The notes: generated by a model from the letters alone, not told the origin. 47,097 nucleotides of DNA from Acidimicrobiales bacterium (GCA_036796435.1 DAIRCY010000006.1:3604-50700); one strand, 5' to 3'. Counted from the stretch's first letter, positions 16,745-25,034 are shown. Numbers and translations are program-made.

Positions 16745-17944
16745 TCACGCCACCACCCCCTGGGCGCGAAGACCGTCGATCTCCTCGGATTCGTATCCGA
16801 CGGAACGCAGGACGTCGTCGGTGTCCTGGCCGAGGTCCGGGAGACGTCGCTCGACCGATGGCGCGCCGAGCGGGAAGCGCACGACGGGCAGGGTGCCGAC
16901 CGGTGACGCTGCCTCGACGAACATCTGACGAGCAAGGAGCTGAGGGTGCTCGAGGACCTTCTCGATCGTGCGGACCTCGCCGTATGGGAGCCCAACACTG
17001 GCCAGCCGGTCGAGCCAGACCTTGCTCGGCAGCGCAACGATCCTCCGCTCGACGAGCGCATCCAGCTCGTCCCGGTGTCTCCGCCGGGCGTCGATGGTGG
17101 CGAAACGAGGGTCGTCCACGAGCTCGGGCCCGTCGAGGACCTGTTCACACAGGCGCACCCAGTCATGCTCGTTGGCGACGACCAGGTTGACGTAGACGCC
17201 GTCTCGGGCGAGGTACGGGCCGTAGGGGGACAGGTACTGGTGTCGCATGCCCGTGCGTGGCGGCTCTTCTCCTTCGTGCCAGTAGTGGTGCGGGAAGTAG
17301 CTCAGCCACGGGGCGACCGCGTCGAGCATCGCGACGTCGAGGTAGGCACCGGTGCCGCTGGCCGACCGTGCCACGAGGGCGCTCAGCACTGCGATCGCCG
17401 CCGTCGAGCCGCCGATGAGGTCGGTGATGGGGAGGCCCACCTTGGCGGGAGCGTCAGGGGTGCCATTGGACAAGAGGACGCCCGACTCGCCCTGGATGAG
17501 CAGGTCGTAGGCCTTCACATCCCGATACGGTCCCGTCTGGCCGTATCCCGAGAGGCTGCAGTAGACGAGCGCGGGGTTCTCTCCCCGCAGGTCTGCATCG
17601 GACAGCCCGAGGCGCGCCACTACCCCAGGGCTGAAGTTCTCGAGGAAGGCATCCGCGCTGCGGACGAGGCGCCGGACCACGGCTCGCCCCTGCTCGCTGC
17701 CAAGGTCGACAGCCACGTCTCGCTTCCCCACGTTGAAAGCGACGAAGCCGCTCGAGAGCCCTCTGGCGACGTGGTCCCAGCCGCGCACGACGTCCCCACC
17801 CCCGGGTCGCTCGATCTTGATCACCTCGGCGCCGAGCTCCGCGAGGATGAACGAGCAGAAGGGCATCGCGACCGCCTGCTCGAGCGCGACGATTCTCGTC
17901 CCCTTCAGCGGGCGGCTTTGCGTGTCTGCATCTACCTCGGTCAC
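16745..17944 (-). CDS. Class III (CaiB/BaiF-family) CoA-transferase
   Basis: In-frame part of ORF 16745..18274. The GTG start overlaps the MaoC stop (GTGA). ...LKGTRIVALEQAVAMPFCSFILAELGAEVIKIERPGGGD.... Confidence 0.88.
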   Translation of the reverse strand: MTEVDADTQSRPLKGTRIVALEQAVAMPFCSFILAELGAEVIKIERPGGGDVVRGWDHVARGLSSGFVAFNVGKRDVAVDLGSEQGRAVVRRLVRSADAFLENFSPGVVARLGLSDADLRGENPALVYCSLSGYGQTGPYRDVKAYDLLIQGESGVLLSNGTPDAPAKVGLPITDLIGGSTAAIAVLSALVARSASGTGAYLDVAMLDAVAPWLSYFPHHYWHEGEEPPRTGMRHQYLSPYGPYLARDGVYVNLVVANEHDWVRLCEQVLDGPELVDDPRFATIDARRRHRDELDALVERRIVALPSKVWLDRLASVGLPYGEVRTIEKVLEHPQLLARQMFVEAASPVGTLPVVRFPLGAPSVERRLPDLGQDTDDVLRSVGYESEEIDGLRAQGVVA

Positions 17945-18450
17945 GGTCCGGTCGCCACCGTCGGGAAGATCTCCGTCCTCGGCGCGTGCTCCCGCTTCCA
18001 CACCATCACCGATCGCCGGTAGCGGATCACGAGCTCGCCGTCCTGGTTGTAGCCACGGGTCTCCACCTTGACGACGCCCTGCGTCGGTCGCGACCGGGAC
18101 GGTCGCACTTCGAGGACCTCGCTCTCCGAGTACAAGGTGTCGCCGGCAAAGACCGGATGTGGCAGCTGGATCTCGTCCCAGCCGAGCGCAAACCCGTTCT
18201 CGCTCACGTCTGCGACGCCCATGCCTGCGACGATGGAGAGCGTGAGAGCACTGTTCACCAGGCAGCGGCCCCACTCGGTGCGCTTGCCGTACTCACGGTT
18301 GAAGTGGATCTGATTGGTGTTGTTGGTGAGAAGGGTGAACGTGATGTTGTCGGACTCGGTGACCGTGCGGCCGTAACGACAACGATAGATGTCGCCGACG
18401 GCGAAGTCCTCGAGGTAGCGACCCTCCCATCCGGCTCGTACCGTTCCCAT
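17941..18450 (-). CDS. MaoC-like (hot-dog fold) enoyl-CoA hydratase/dehydratase
   Basis: ORF 17941..18450. ...FTLLTNNTNQIHFN... is a hydratase-type motif. GAGGAGGAAGG lies upstream. Confidence 0.85.
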   Translation of the reverse strand: MGTVRAGWEGRYLEDFAVGDIYRCRYGRTVTESDNITFTLLTNNTNQIHFNREYGKRTEWGRCLVNSALTLSIVAGMGVADVSENGFALGWDEIQLPHPVFAGDTLYSESEVLEVRPSRSRPTQGVVKVETRGYNQDGELVIRYRRSVMVWKREHAPRTEIFPTVATGP

Positions 18451-18489
18451 GCTGCCTTCCTCCTCTGATGCCGAGCTCGACTCGGCTCG

Positions 18490-19650
18490 TTAGTAAGACT
18501 TGGGCATTCCAAGTACCCGTTGGCCGAGATAGGACAGGACGAGGTTGTTGCTGACGGGCGCGATCTCGAAGAGCTTGGTCTCACGGAACTTCCGCTCGAT
18601 GGCGTACTCGGAAGCGAAGCCGTTGCCTCCGTATGCCGTGATCGCTGCATTGGCCGCTTGCCACGACGCCGAGGAAGCCAGGTACTTCGCCATGTTCGCT
18701 TCGGCACCACAGGGCGCGCCCCCATCGAAGAGCGTCGACGCGTGAAAGCGCATCAAGCTTGCTGCGCGCACGGCCGCGTACGCCTGCGCGATAGGGAACT
18801 GGACTCCCTGGTTCGCGCCGATCGGCTTGCCGAAGACGACGCGAGACGACGCATACTGTGCAGCACGCTCGACAAAGAATCGGCCGTCACCGATTGCTTC
18901 CGACGCGACCAGGATGCGCTCGGCGTTCCATCCGTCGATGATGTAGCGGAACCCCTTGCCTTCCTCGCCGATCAGGTTCTCTGCGGGGACCTCCAGGTCG
19001 GTCAGAAAGACCTGGTAGGTGTGATGGTTGAACATGACCGGGATACGCGAGATCTCGACTGCATCCCCGGCTGTGCGCAGGTCCACCAAGAGGAGAGACA
19101 GCCCCTCGGTCGTGGGCTGACCCTCGGTGAGCGGCGAGGTACGAACGAGAAGCAGCATGAGGTCGGAGTACGCAACGCGCGAGATGAACGTCTTCTGTCC
19201 GTTGACCACGTAGTGGTCGCCGTTCCTTACCGCTCTCGTCGTGATCTGGGTGGTGTCGCTCCCCGCGTCCGGCTCGGTGACGCCGAAGGCTTGAAGGCGC
19301 AGCTCCCCCGCGGCGATCGCCGGGAGGTATGCCTGCTTCTGCTCGGCGCTCCCGTGCCGAAGGACCGTGCCCATCGTGTACATCTGGGCATGGCACGCGT
19401 TGGCATTGGCACCCGATCGGTGGATCTCCTCCAAGACGATTGCGGCCTCGGTAATTCCGAGCCCGCCGCCGCCGAGGTCCTCGGGTATGAGGATCGACAG
19501 CCACCCGAGCTCGGTGAGGGTCCTCACGAAGGCCTCGGGGTAGGCCCCCGTCGCTTCGAGATCCTGCCAATAGCTGTCGGGGAACTTGGCGCACACGTCC
19601 GCGATTGCATCGGCGATCGTCTGCTGGTCCCCGCTCAGTCGGAAGTCCAT
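18490..19650 (-). CDS. Acyl-CoA dehydrogenase
   Basis: ORF 18490..19650. ACAD architecture with ...YASSRVVFGKPIGANQGVQFPIA... and ...AYGGNGFASEY.... Confidence 0.92.
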   Translation of the reverse strand: MDFRLSGDQQTIADAIADVCAKFPDSYWQDLEATGAYPEAFVRTLTELGWLSILIPEDLGGGGLGITEAAIVLEEIHRSGANANACHAQMYTMGTVLRHGSAEQKQAYLPAIAAGELRLQAFGVTEPDAGSDTTQITTRAVRNGDHYVVNGQKTFISRVAYSDLMLLLVRTSPLTEGQPTTEGLSLLLVDLRTAGDAVEISRIPVMFNHHTYQVFLTDLEVPAENLIGEEGKGFRYIIDGWNAERILVASEAIGDGRFFVERAAQYASSRVVFGKPIGANQGVQFPIAQAYAAVRAASLMRFHASTLFDGGAPCGAEANMAKYLASSASWQAANAAITAYGGNGFASEYAIERKFRETKLFEIAPVSNNLVLSYLGQRVLGMPKSY

Positions 19651-19661
19651 TCCTGGCGTTC

Positions 19662-20702
19662 CTAGGCCGCCGAAGGGGCGGCGGAGAAGTGCCCCGTCCG
19701 GACGAAGTCAGCGTTGGTCAGGTAGTGGTGCAGCTCTCCCGCGAGGTCCTCGGTGTTGGGCACGTATGCCACCACGCAGCGGGTGGAGCCGGCTGCTTCA
19801 TAGCCGGCGAGCTTCGACGGCAGCTTTGCGAGATCACGATCGGCATACATCGGCACGTCATCCACCATCTCGTCGGGGATGAGCTTCCTGGCGGCGGTGA
19901 AGCCGTCGCGGCGATGAGCCTCTTGGACCGCGGTGACGACATCTCCCCATCCCATGGTGGTGAGCGTGTCGCTGTAGCCGCGTTGGAGCGAGTAGAAGGT
20001 CAACACCTTCTTCAAAGCCCAGCGGGCGGCGTCGACGTCGTCGGACAAAGAGACCCGGACCTTGGAGACGACTTGCAGCCCACTCGGGTCGCGCCCGGCC
20101 TCTCGCGCACCACTTTGGAAGTCCTCGACGATGCGCCGGATCATCGGAGGGTTGGCCATGTTGACGACGATCCCGTCGCCGATGCGGCCTGCGAGTCGAG
20201 CCATCTGCGGCCCGAGGCCCGCGATCCAGACTCGCAGGTCGCCCTCGGGGGGCCTGAAGGCCATCTTGAAGGATCCTCGCGTCGCATAGAAGTCGCCCTC
20301 GTAGTCAGGTACGCGTTCGCCCGAGTACGCGGCCCGCAGGATCTCGACGTACTCTTTCATGCGCCGCAGTGGCCGGTCGAACGTCTGGCCATGCCAGCCG
20401 GCGATGATGGGATTGCCCACGCCGAGCCCGAGGATCAACCGTCCTTGCGAGAGCTCGTTGAACGCCGCTGCTTGCAGCGCGAGGGTGATGGGAGATCGGC
20501 CGTAGACGTGGTAAATGGCCGTGCCGAGCTCGATGTTCGACGTCGTCGCCGCCATCGCGGAGAGCAGCACCATGGGGTCTCGCGAATTGGACTCCCCCTT
20601 CCAGACCGCGCCGAAACCGACCTCCTCTGCCAACTTTGCCGCGTCGACACAGACGTTCATCGGGATCTGTGCAGCGGAATTGAACTCCGTGTCGATGATC
20701 AC
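19662..20702 (-). CDS. Luciferase-like monooxygenase (LLM) class flavin- or F420-dependent oxidoreductase
   Basis: ORF 19662..20702. ...AEEVGFGAVWKGES..., ...LGLGVGN.... It has the length and pattern of an LLM TIM-barrel. Confidence 0.8.
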   Translation of the reverse strand: MIIDTEFNSAAQIPMNVCVDAAKLAEEVGFGAVWKGESNSRDPMVLLSAMAATTSNIELGTAIYHVYGRSPITLALQAAAFNELSQGRLILGLGVGNPIIAGWHGQTFDRPLRRMKEYVEILRAAYSGERVPDYEGDFYATRGSFKMAFRPPEGDLRVWIAGLGPQMARLAGRIGDGIVVNMANPPMIRRIVEDFQSGAREAGRDPSGLQVVSKVRVSLSDDVDAARWALKKVLTFYSLQRGYSDTLTTMGWGDVVTAVQEAHRRDGFTAARKLIPDEMVDDVPMYADRDLAKLPSKLAGYEAAGSTRCVVAYVPNTEDLAGELHHYLTNADFVRTGHFSAAPSAA

Positions 20703-20762
20703 TTCGACTCCTTTCTCATGCTGTCGAGTGCCACCGTGGCCGGGCGATCCCGGCTGACCGGG

Positions 20763-21533
20763 TCAGCTCGTGTACCAGTTGTTCGGATCGAGCTCGTTGC
20801 GAATGAGGGCGAGCTGCGTCGCCGTGGGCGCAGGCGTCTCCTTCGGGCCGCCCGCGGGAACGTGCAGCGGAATGGGGGTGGCGGCGAGAACTGTCTCGGG
20901 CTGCTCGCCGGGATGGACGCTTTCGAGCACTGCACCGGCGTCGGTAAGTGCGATCACTGCTCGATCGGTGACCACCGCGCATGGACCTTCGCTGGGAAGA
21001 CCCACCGTTGCGCGCGTCTGGTCCCTGATCCGACGTCCCGGACTCGTGAGGAATGTGAGGGCCTCGGAGAACTTTCGCGACTGATGGGTCATGATCACGA
21101 CAGTTCGACCGGCATTCGAGCTGATGTCGTTGCTGCCGCCCGATCCCCGGAAGCGCCGCCGCGAACCGTCTGGCGCTTCCACCTCGGTCGTGTTCAGCGA
21201 CCCCCACTGGTCCACTTGGAGCGCCCCGAGGAGCCCGAGCGAGACCCGGCCACCGTGCACCATGACCCCGAGCACCTCCAGCGTCGAAGCGAAGGCGGTG
21301 GCGTCCTTCCACAGTCGTGGATCCGCGATACCCATTGCCGGTTCGGCGGGCACCGGCTCGAAGACCCCGCTCTCGAGGAGCAGGCTCACCGTGGGGGCGT
21401 GCGTCCGCTGCGCGAGCAGGGCGGCGATCTGTGGCAGTCCTAGCCCGACGACGGTGACATCCCCGTCGACGACTTGGAGCGATCCTGCGACCGCCAGCAT
21501 CTCTGCGCGGGTCCACTTCTCCTCGTCGCTCAT
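20763..21533 (-). CDS. Class I CoA-transferase beta subunit (glutaconate / 3-oxoacid CoA-transferase B-like)
   Basis: ORF 20763..21533. ...WTRAEMLAVAGSLQVVDGDVTVVGLGLPQIA..., ...GSGGSNDI.... Confidence 0.82.
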   Translation of the reverse strand: MSDEEKWTRAEMLAVAGSLQVVDGDVTVVGLGLPQIAALLAQRTHAPTVSLLLESGVFEPVPAEPAMGIADPRLWKDATAFASTLEVLGVMVHGGRVSLGLLGALQVDQWGSLNTTEVEAPDGSRRRFRGSGGSNDISSNAGRTVVIMTHQSRKFSEALTFLTSPGRRIRDQTRATVGLPSEGPCAVVTDRAVIALTDAGAVLESVHPGEQPETVLAATPIPLHVPAGGPKETPAPTATQLALIRNELDPNNWYTS

Positions 21534-22396
21534 GCCGCCACCTTCTCGAGGTACTCGTCGAACGTGGACACGCCGCGGACGAAGCGGTCGAGATAGGCGT
21601 CGAGCGCGTCGCCCCCGGCGTTCGAGGCGGCGGCGTACTGGCGGAGGTGCGCGGCGTCGTAGTCGTAGTGGCCGTAGACGGCGGTCGGATGGCCGCCCCG
21701 GGGCACGCGCGCCACGGCATGGACCAAGAGGCCCGGGATCGTGATGCGCGATGGGTCGAGCTCACCCACCTCGACGATCTCTTCTGCGACGAGGTCCACC
21801 ATCCTCGAGGCACGGGCCGTCTCGGGGATGCTCCATACCGGTCCACCCACGATCGCATTGCCGGCGCGGTCTGCCACGTCGACGTGGACTACCGCGATAT
21901 CCGGATGCAGCGGAGGGAGGGCCAGACACGGGGCGCCGTCGAAAGGACTCTCGATCGCGGCGGCCTGCCCGGTCGCTACCAATGGCGCGACGAGGTCGGA
22001 GCCGAGCATGGACCGGGTCGTGACGAAGGGGAGCCCGAGGGCACCGGCATGGAGCCGGAGGGCGAGGGCGAGCCCTGAGTACTCGGAGAGGGCCAGGCTC
22101 CCATCCAGCATCGCCCGGTTCACCGCATAGAGAAGACCGAATCGGTCGATCGATCCGCTGGCATAGGTGAGACAGTCCATGGCGCCGGCTGCCGCCAATA
22201 GATCGGTCTCGAACCCGCCGAACACCTGGGTGACGGTGAGGCCACGCGTCCCCGCACGGATGAGCTCATGGGCGAACGCCACCGCGTTCCGGGTGATGGC
22301 AAAGCCCGCAAGCGCCAGGTGACTGCCGTCGGGGATGTCGGAGACGATCTCTTGCAGCGACACCACCCGGTCGGGGTGCGCGGCGGTCGCCGTCAT
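21530..22396 (-). CDS. Class I CoA-transferase alpha subunit (GctA-like)
   Basis: Internal ATG of ORF 21530..22972 (MTATAAHPDRVVSLQEIVSDIPDGSHLALAGF...). Its stop overlaps the beta-subunit start (ATGA). Confidence 0.82.
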   Translation of the reverse strand: MTATAAHPDRVVSLQEIVSDIPDGSHLALAGFAITRNAVAFAHELIRAGTRGLTVTQVFGGFETDLLAAAGAMDCLTYASGSIDRFGLLYAVNRAMLDGSLALSEYSGLALALRLHAGALGLPFVTTRSMLGSDLVAPLVATGQAAAIESPFDGAPCLALPPLHPDIAVVHVDVADRAGNAIVGGPVWSIPETARASRMVDLVAEEIVEVGELDPSRITIPGLLVHAVARVPRGGHPTAVYGHYDYDAAHLRQYAAASNAGGDALDAYLDRFVRGVSTFDEYLEKVAA

Positions 22397-23430
22397 CAGT
22401 CGCCCATCAGCTCGAGCCCGAGCAGCCGCGCCGGGTTGTCGCGCAAGATGGTCTTGATGTCGCGCTCGGCGATGCCGAAGCCGAGGAGTGCCCGGGTGAA
22501 GACGCGCATGCCCGAGACGCTGTCGAGGTTGAGCACCTGTCCGAAGTCGGAGCCGCTCACGCAGTGCGAGGCGCCGACTTGATTGATGGCGTCGACGGTC
22601 TCCATTGGGTCCTGCACTGGCTGGTAGAGCGACGGGATCATCGGCTGGCAGTAGACGCCAACGTAGGTGCCCAGCGCGGCGAGCTGCTTCATCTCGTCGA
22701 CGAGCAGCTTGTTGAGCTCGAGCAGCGGGTGGTCGAGGACCGTGCGTAGGCCGAGCTCCTTCGCGAGGGTGCAGAGCGGGAGGAGCTCCTCGAAGTCCGT
22801 GTGCCCGAGTGCGACGGCGACACCGGCCTCCGCCGCGAGCTCCATGACCCTGCGTACGTTCGGGAGGACGTCGCCAGACGGTCCGACCAGGCGTACGTAC
22901 TCTTCGGGGTCGGGATTCAGTCCCGCGGAGCGCGCCCAGCCGAACGACTTGAACGTGGGGAACCAGATGCACTTGAAGTTCGGGTACTTGAGCGCGATCT
23001 CGACCGCCTCGGGGTTTACCCCCAGGTTCAGGCCGAGTCCCCCGTAGACCTCCACTCGATGCGTCAGCCGACCGTCGAGCACCATCTCGTCGACCTGCTT
23101 CTGCACGAGGTACGCCGCACCTGCCGTGATGTTCCAGTGATCTTTGAACGCAATGGCGCGCATCTTCGCCCGGGACGCGTCCACTGCGATCTCGACCATG
23201 TCCTGGGAGCGATGGACGAAGTCGGGATAGGCGTGGATGTGATGGTCGATGGCGCCTTCCAAAAGAGGGTCCTCGATGCCCGGATGCACCGCCGTGAGCT
23301 GGGGATTGTCCTTCAGCATCTCGTAGAAGTACGTCGGCGAGTTCAGCTGGCGGACCCGCTCGACCGTGAGGGTGCGACCCACCCGCGTCTCGCCCTTGAC
23401 CGCCTCGTAGACGCCGTGTTCATCGCACAT
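22396..23430 (-). CDS. Uncharacterised amidohydrolase-fold metal-dependent hydrolase (HxH motif)
   Basis: ORF 22396..23430. ...GAIDHHIHAYPDF..., ...VALGHTDF..., ...SGSDFGQ.... It is the first gene of the minus-strand operon, and its stop shares one nt with the next start. Confidence 0.65.
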   Translation of the reverse strand: MCDEHGVYEAVKGETRVGRTLTVERVRQLNSPTYFYEMLKDNPQLTAVHPGIEDPLLEGAIDHHIHAYPDFVHRSQDMVEIAVDASRAKMRAIAFKDHWNITAGAAYLVQKQVDEMVLDGRLTHRVEVYGGLGLNLGVNPEAVEIALKYPNFKCIWFPTFKSFGWARSAGLNPDPEEYVRLVGPSGDVLPNVRRVMELAAEAGVAVALGHTDFEELLPLCTLAKELGLRTVLDHPLLELNKLLVDEMKQLAALGTYVGVYCQPMIPSLYQPVQDPMETVDAINQVGASHCVSGSDFGQVLNLDSVSGMRVFTRALLGFGIAERDIKTILRDNPARLLGLELMGD

Positions 23431-23460
23431 GGTGCGGGCCTCGCTTCCTCGTCTGACGTC

Positions 23461-23477
23461 GTCCCGTCATACGGGAC
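23461..23477. promoter_or_regulatory. Perfect 17-bp palindrome GTCCCGT-CAT-ACGGGAC, 31-47 nt upstream of the operon's first start codon (candidate operator or 5'-UTR hairpin)
   Basis: Read directly. It lies between the putative -10 hexamer and the RBS (GAGGAAGCGAGG) of the gene starting at 23430. Confidence 0.4.
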
Positions 23478-23496
23478 CGTCGTTGCTTATCTCGAG

Positions 23497-23526
23497 ACTG
23501 TAAGTTGTGGACGGGGCGACCGTCAA
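23497..23526 (-). promoter_or_regulatory. Putative promoter of the 10-gene minus-strand operon: TTGACG, 18 nt spacer, TACAGT
   Basis: Minus-strand TTGACG is at 23526-23521 and TACAGT at 23502-23497. Confidence 0.4.
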
Positions 23527-23732
23527 TTGGTCGTGGGTCGCAGAACGGGACCCGCACGTGCCGCGCGCTCTGGGACTGGCCGCGTCGGTGCAGGGAATGT
23601 CGTTCATGACCTGTGGCCTGCACTTTGACACGGCGCGCCCGTCACGGCCAGCAGCCGGCGACGTCGCTCTCGTGGGGATAGCGAAGCAGTTCACCGTCCT
23701 CGCTCGGTGCCCGGAGTCTTGATGGGGGCCCG

Positions 23733-25034
23733 ATGGTGAGGTCGAGGATGGGTGGCACGATGGTGGTCGTGCGGAACCTGTGGTCCGCCGACCCAGAGCG
23801 GCCGCTGGATGCGAGAGGTCGCCCGGGTCTCCTCACCAGGTCGGTGCTGCTCCTCGGGACGGTCGCAGCCGTGGCGGGACTGCTGACGGGGTGCTCCGCA
23901 GCGCTTTCACGCTCGAGCGCAACGACGAGCACCGTGAACAAGAGCACGAGCTCGCTGTCGGCCCATGCCGCGATCCGCACCGCGCCCACACCGTGCGGCA
24001 AGGCGACGGCCGGCTGGCCGGTTTCCCGGCTGCTCGCGCAGCTCTTGATGCTGACGGGCAACTGGACAGCCTTCGAAACACTGGCGCAGGCCGCCACGTC
24101 GGGCGTAGGTGGCCTCGAGATGGCGTTCGCGCCGGGAGTGGAGCCCGAGACGAAGCCCGCGACACGGGTCCGCGTCCAGGACGCGGACGCCTCTCTCGTC
24201 TCCGACGCCACCCACGCCGGGCAGGTCGCTCCGATCATCTCGACGGACGAAGAAGGCGGGGTGGTGACACGGCTGGCGGGAATGCTCGGATCGCTCCCCG
24301 CCCCCCGCGTCATGGCCTCACACTGGACGGCCGCCCACCTCGAGCAGGTCATGGCCACGCGGGGCCGTCAGATGCGGGCGCTCGGGATCGGCATGGACAC
24401 CGCACCGCTCTACGAAACGGCCTCGCCCGCCACGACACCCCTCTACGGGGGTCCGAGGTCGTTCTCCTCATCGCCCGCAGTGGCGACGGCGTATGCGAAC
24501 GCCTTCGTGGAGGGCCTCCGAGCGGCAGGGGTGCTGGCGGCCGGAAAGCAATTCCCCGGCGAGGGACATGCCAACGGGAACACGGACTGGGCGGTCGCCG
24601 CAGATCCGCCCCTGGCAGCCCTTCGGAAGGAGACACTGCCCATGTTCGAAAAGGGGATCGAGGCGAAGGTCCCCGTCATCATGATCGGCCATGCGGTCGT
24701 CCCCGGGCTCACCGGCGGCCAGCCGGCGAGCTTGTCAGCGGCCACGTACACGCTTCTTCGCAGGACGATGGGCTTCACCGGCCTAGCGATCACCGACACA
24801 CTGGGCGCGAGGACCGTCTCCGTTCACGAGAGCCAGCCCGCGGCGGCGGTGAAGGCGGTTGAAGCCGGTGCGGACATGCCGATGCTGCATTCTGCGACAC
24901 GCCCGCCCGCGCTCACTGCCCTCGAACACGCCGTCTCGACCGGTGCTCTACCTCTGCGCGTCGTCCACACACGGGTCGCGCACGTGCTCGTCGCGAAAGG
25001 GGTCTGCTCGGGGAACCCGAAGATCACCCCTTGA
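23733..25034 (+). CDS. Glycoside hydrolase family 3 N-terminal-domain lipoprotein (NagZ/LpqI-like) with a divergent active-site motif
   Basis: ORF 23733..25034. Lipobox ...AVAGLLTGCSA. ISTDEEGGVVTRL. KQFPGEGHANGNTDW stands where NagZ has KHFPGHG-x4-D[ST]H. ...GLAITDTLGA carries the nucleophile Asp context. The start is uncertain. Confidence 0.75.
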   Translation: MVRSRMGGTMVVVRNLWSADPERPLDARGRPGLLTRSVLLLGTVAAVAGLLTGCSAALSRSSATTSTVNKSTSSLSAHAAIRTAPTPCGKATAGWPVSRLLAQLLMLTGNWTAFETLAQAATSGVGGLEMAFAPGVEPETKPATRVRVQDADASLVSDATHAGQVAPIISTDEEGGVVTRLAGMLGSLPAPRVMASHWTAAHLEQVMATRGRQMRALGIGMDTAPLYETASPATTPLYGGPRSFSSSPAVATAYANAFVEGLRAAGVLAAGKQFPGEGHANGNTDWAVAADPPLAALRKETLPMFEKGIEAKVPVIMIGHAVVPGLTGGQPASLSAATYTLLRRTMGFTGLAITDTLGARTVSVHESQPAAAVKAVEAGADMPMLHSATRPPALTALEHAVSTGALPLRVVHTRVAHVLVAKGVCSGNPKITP

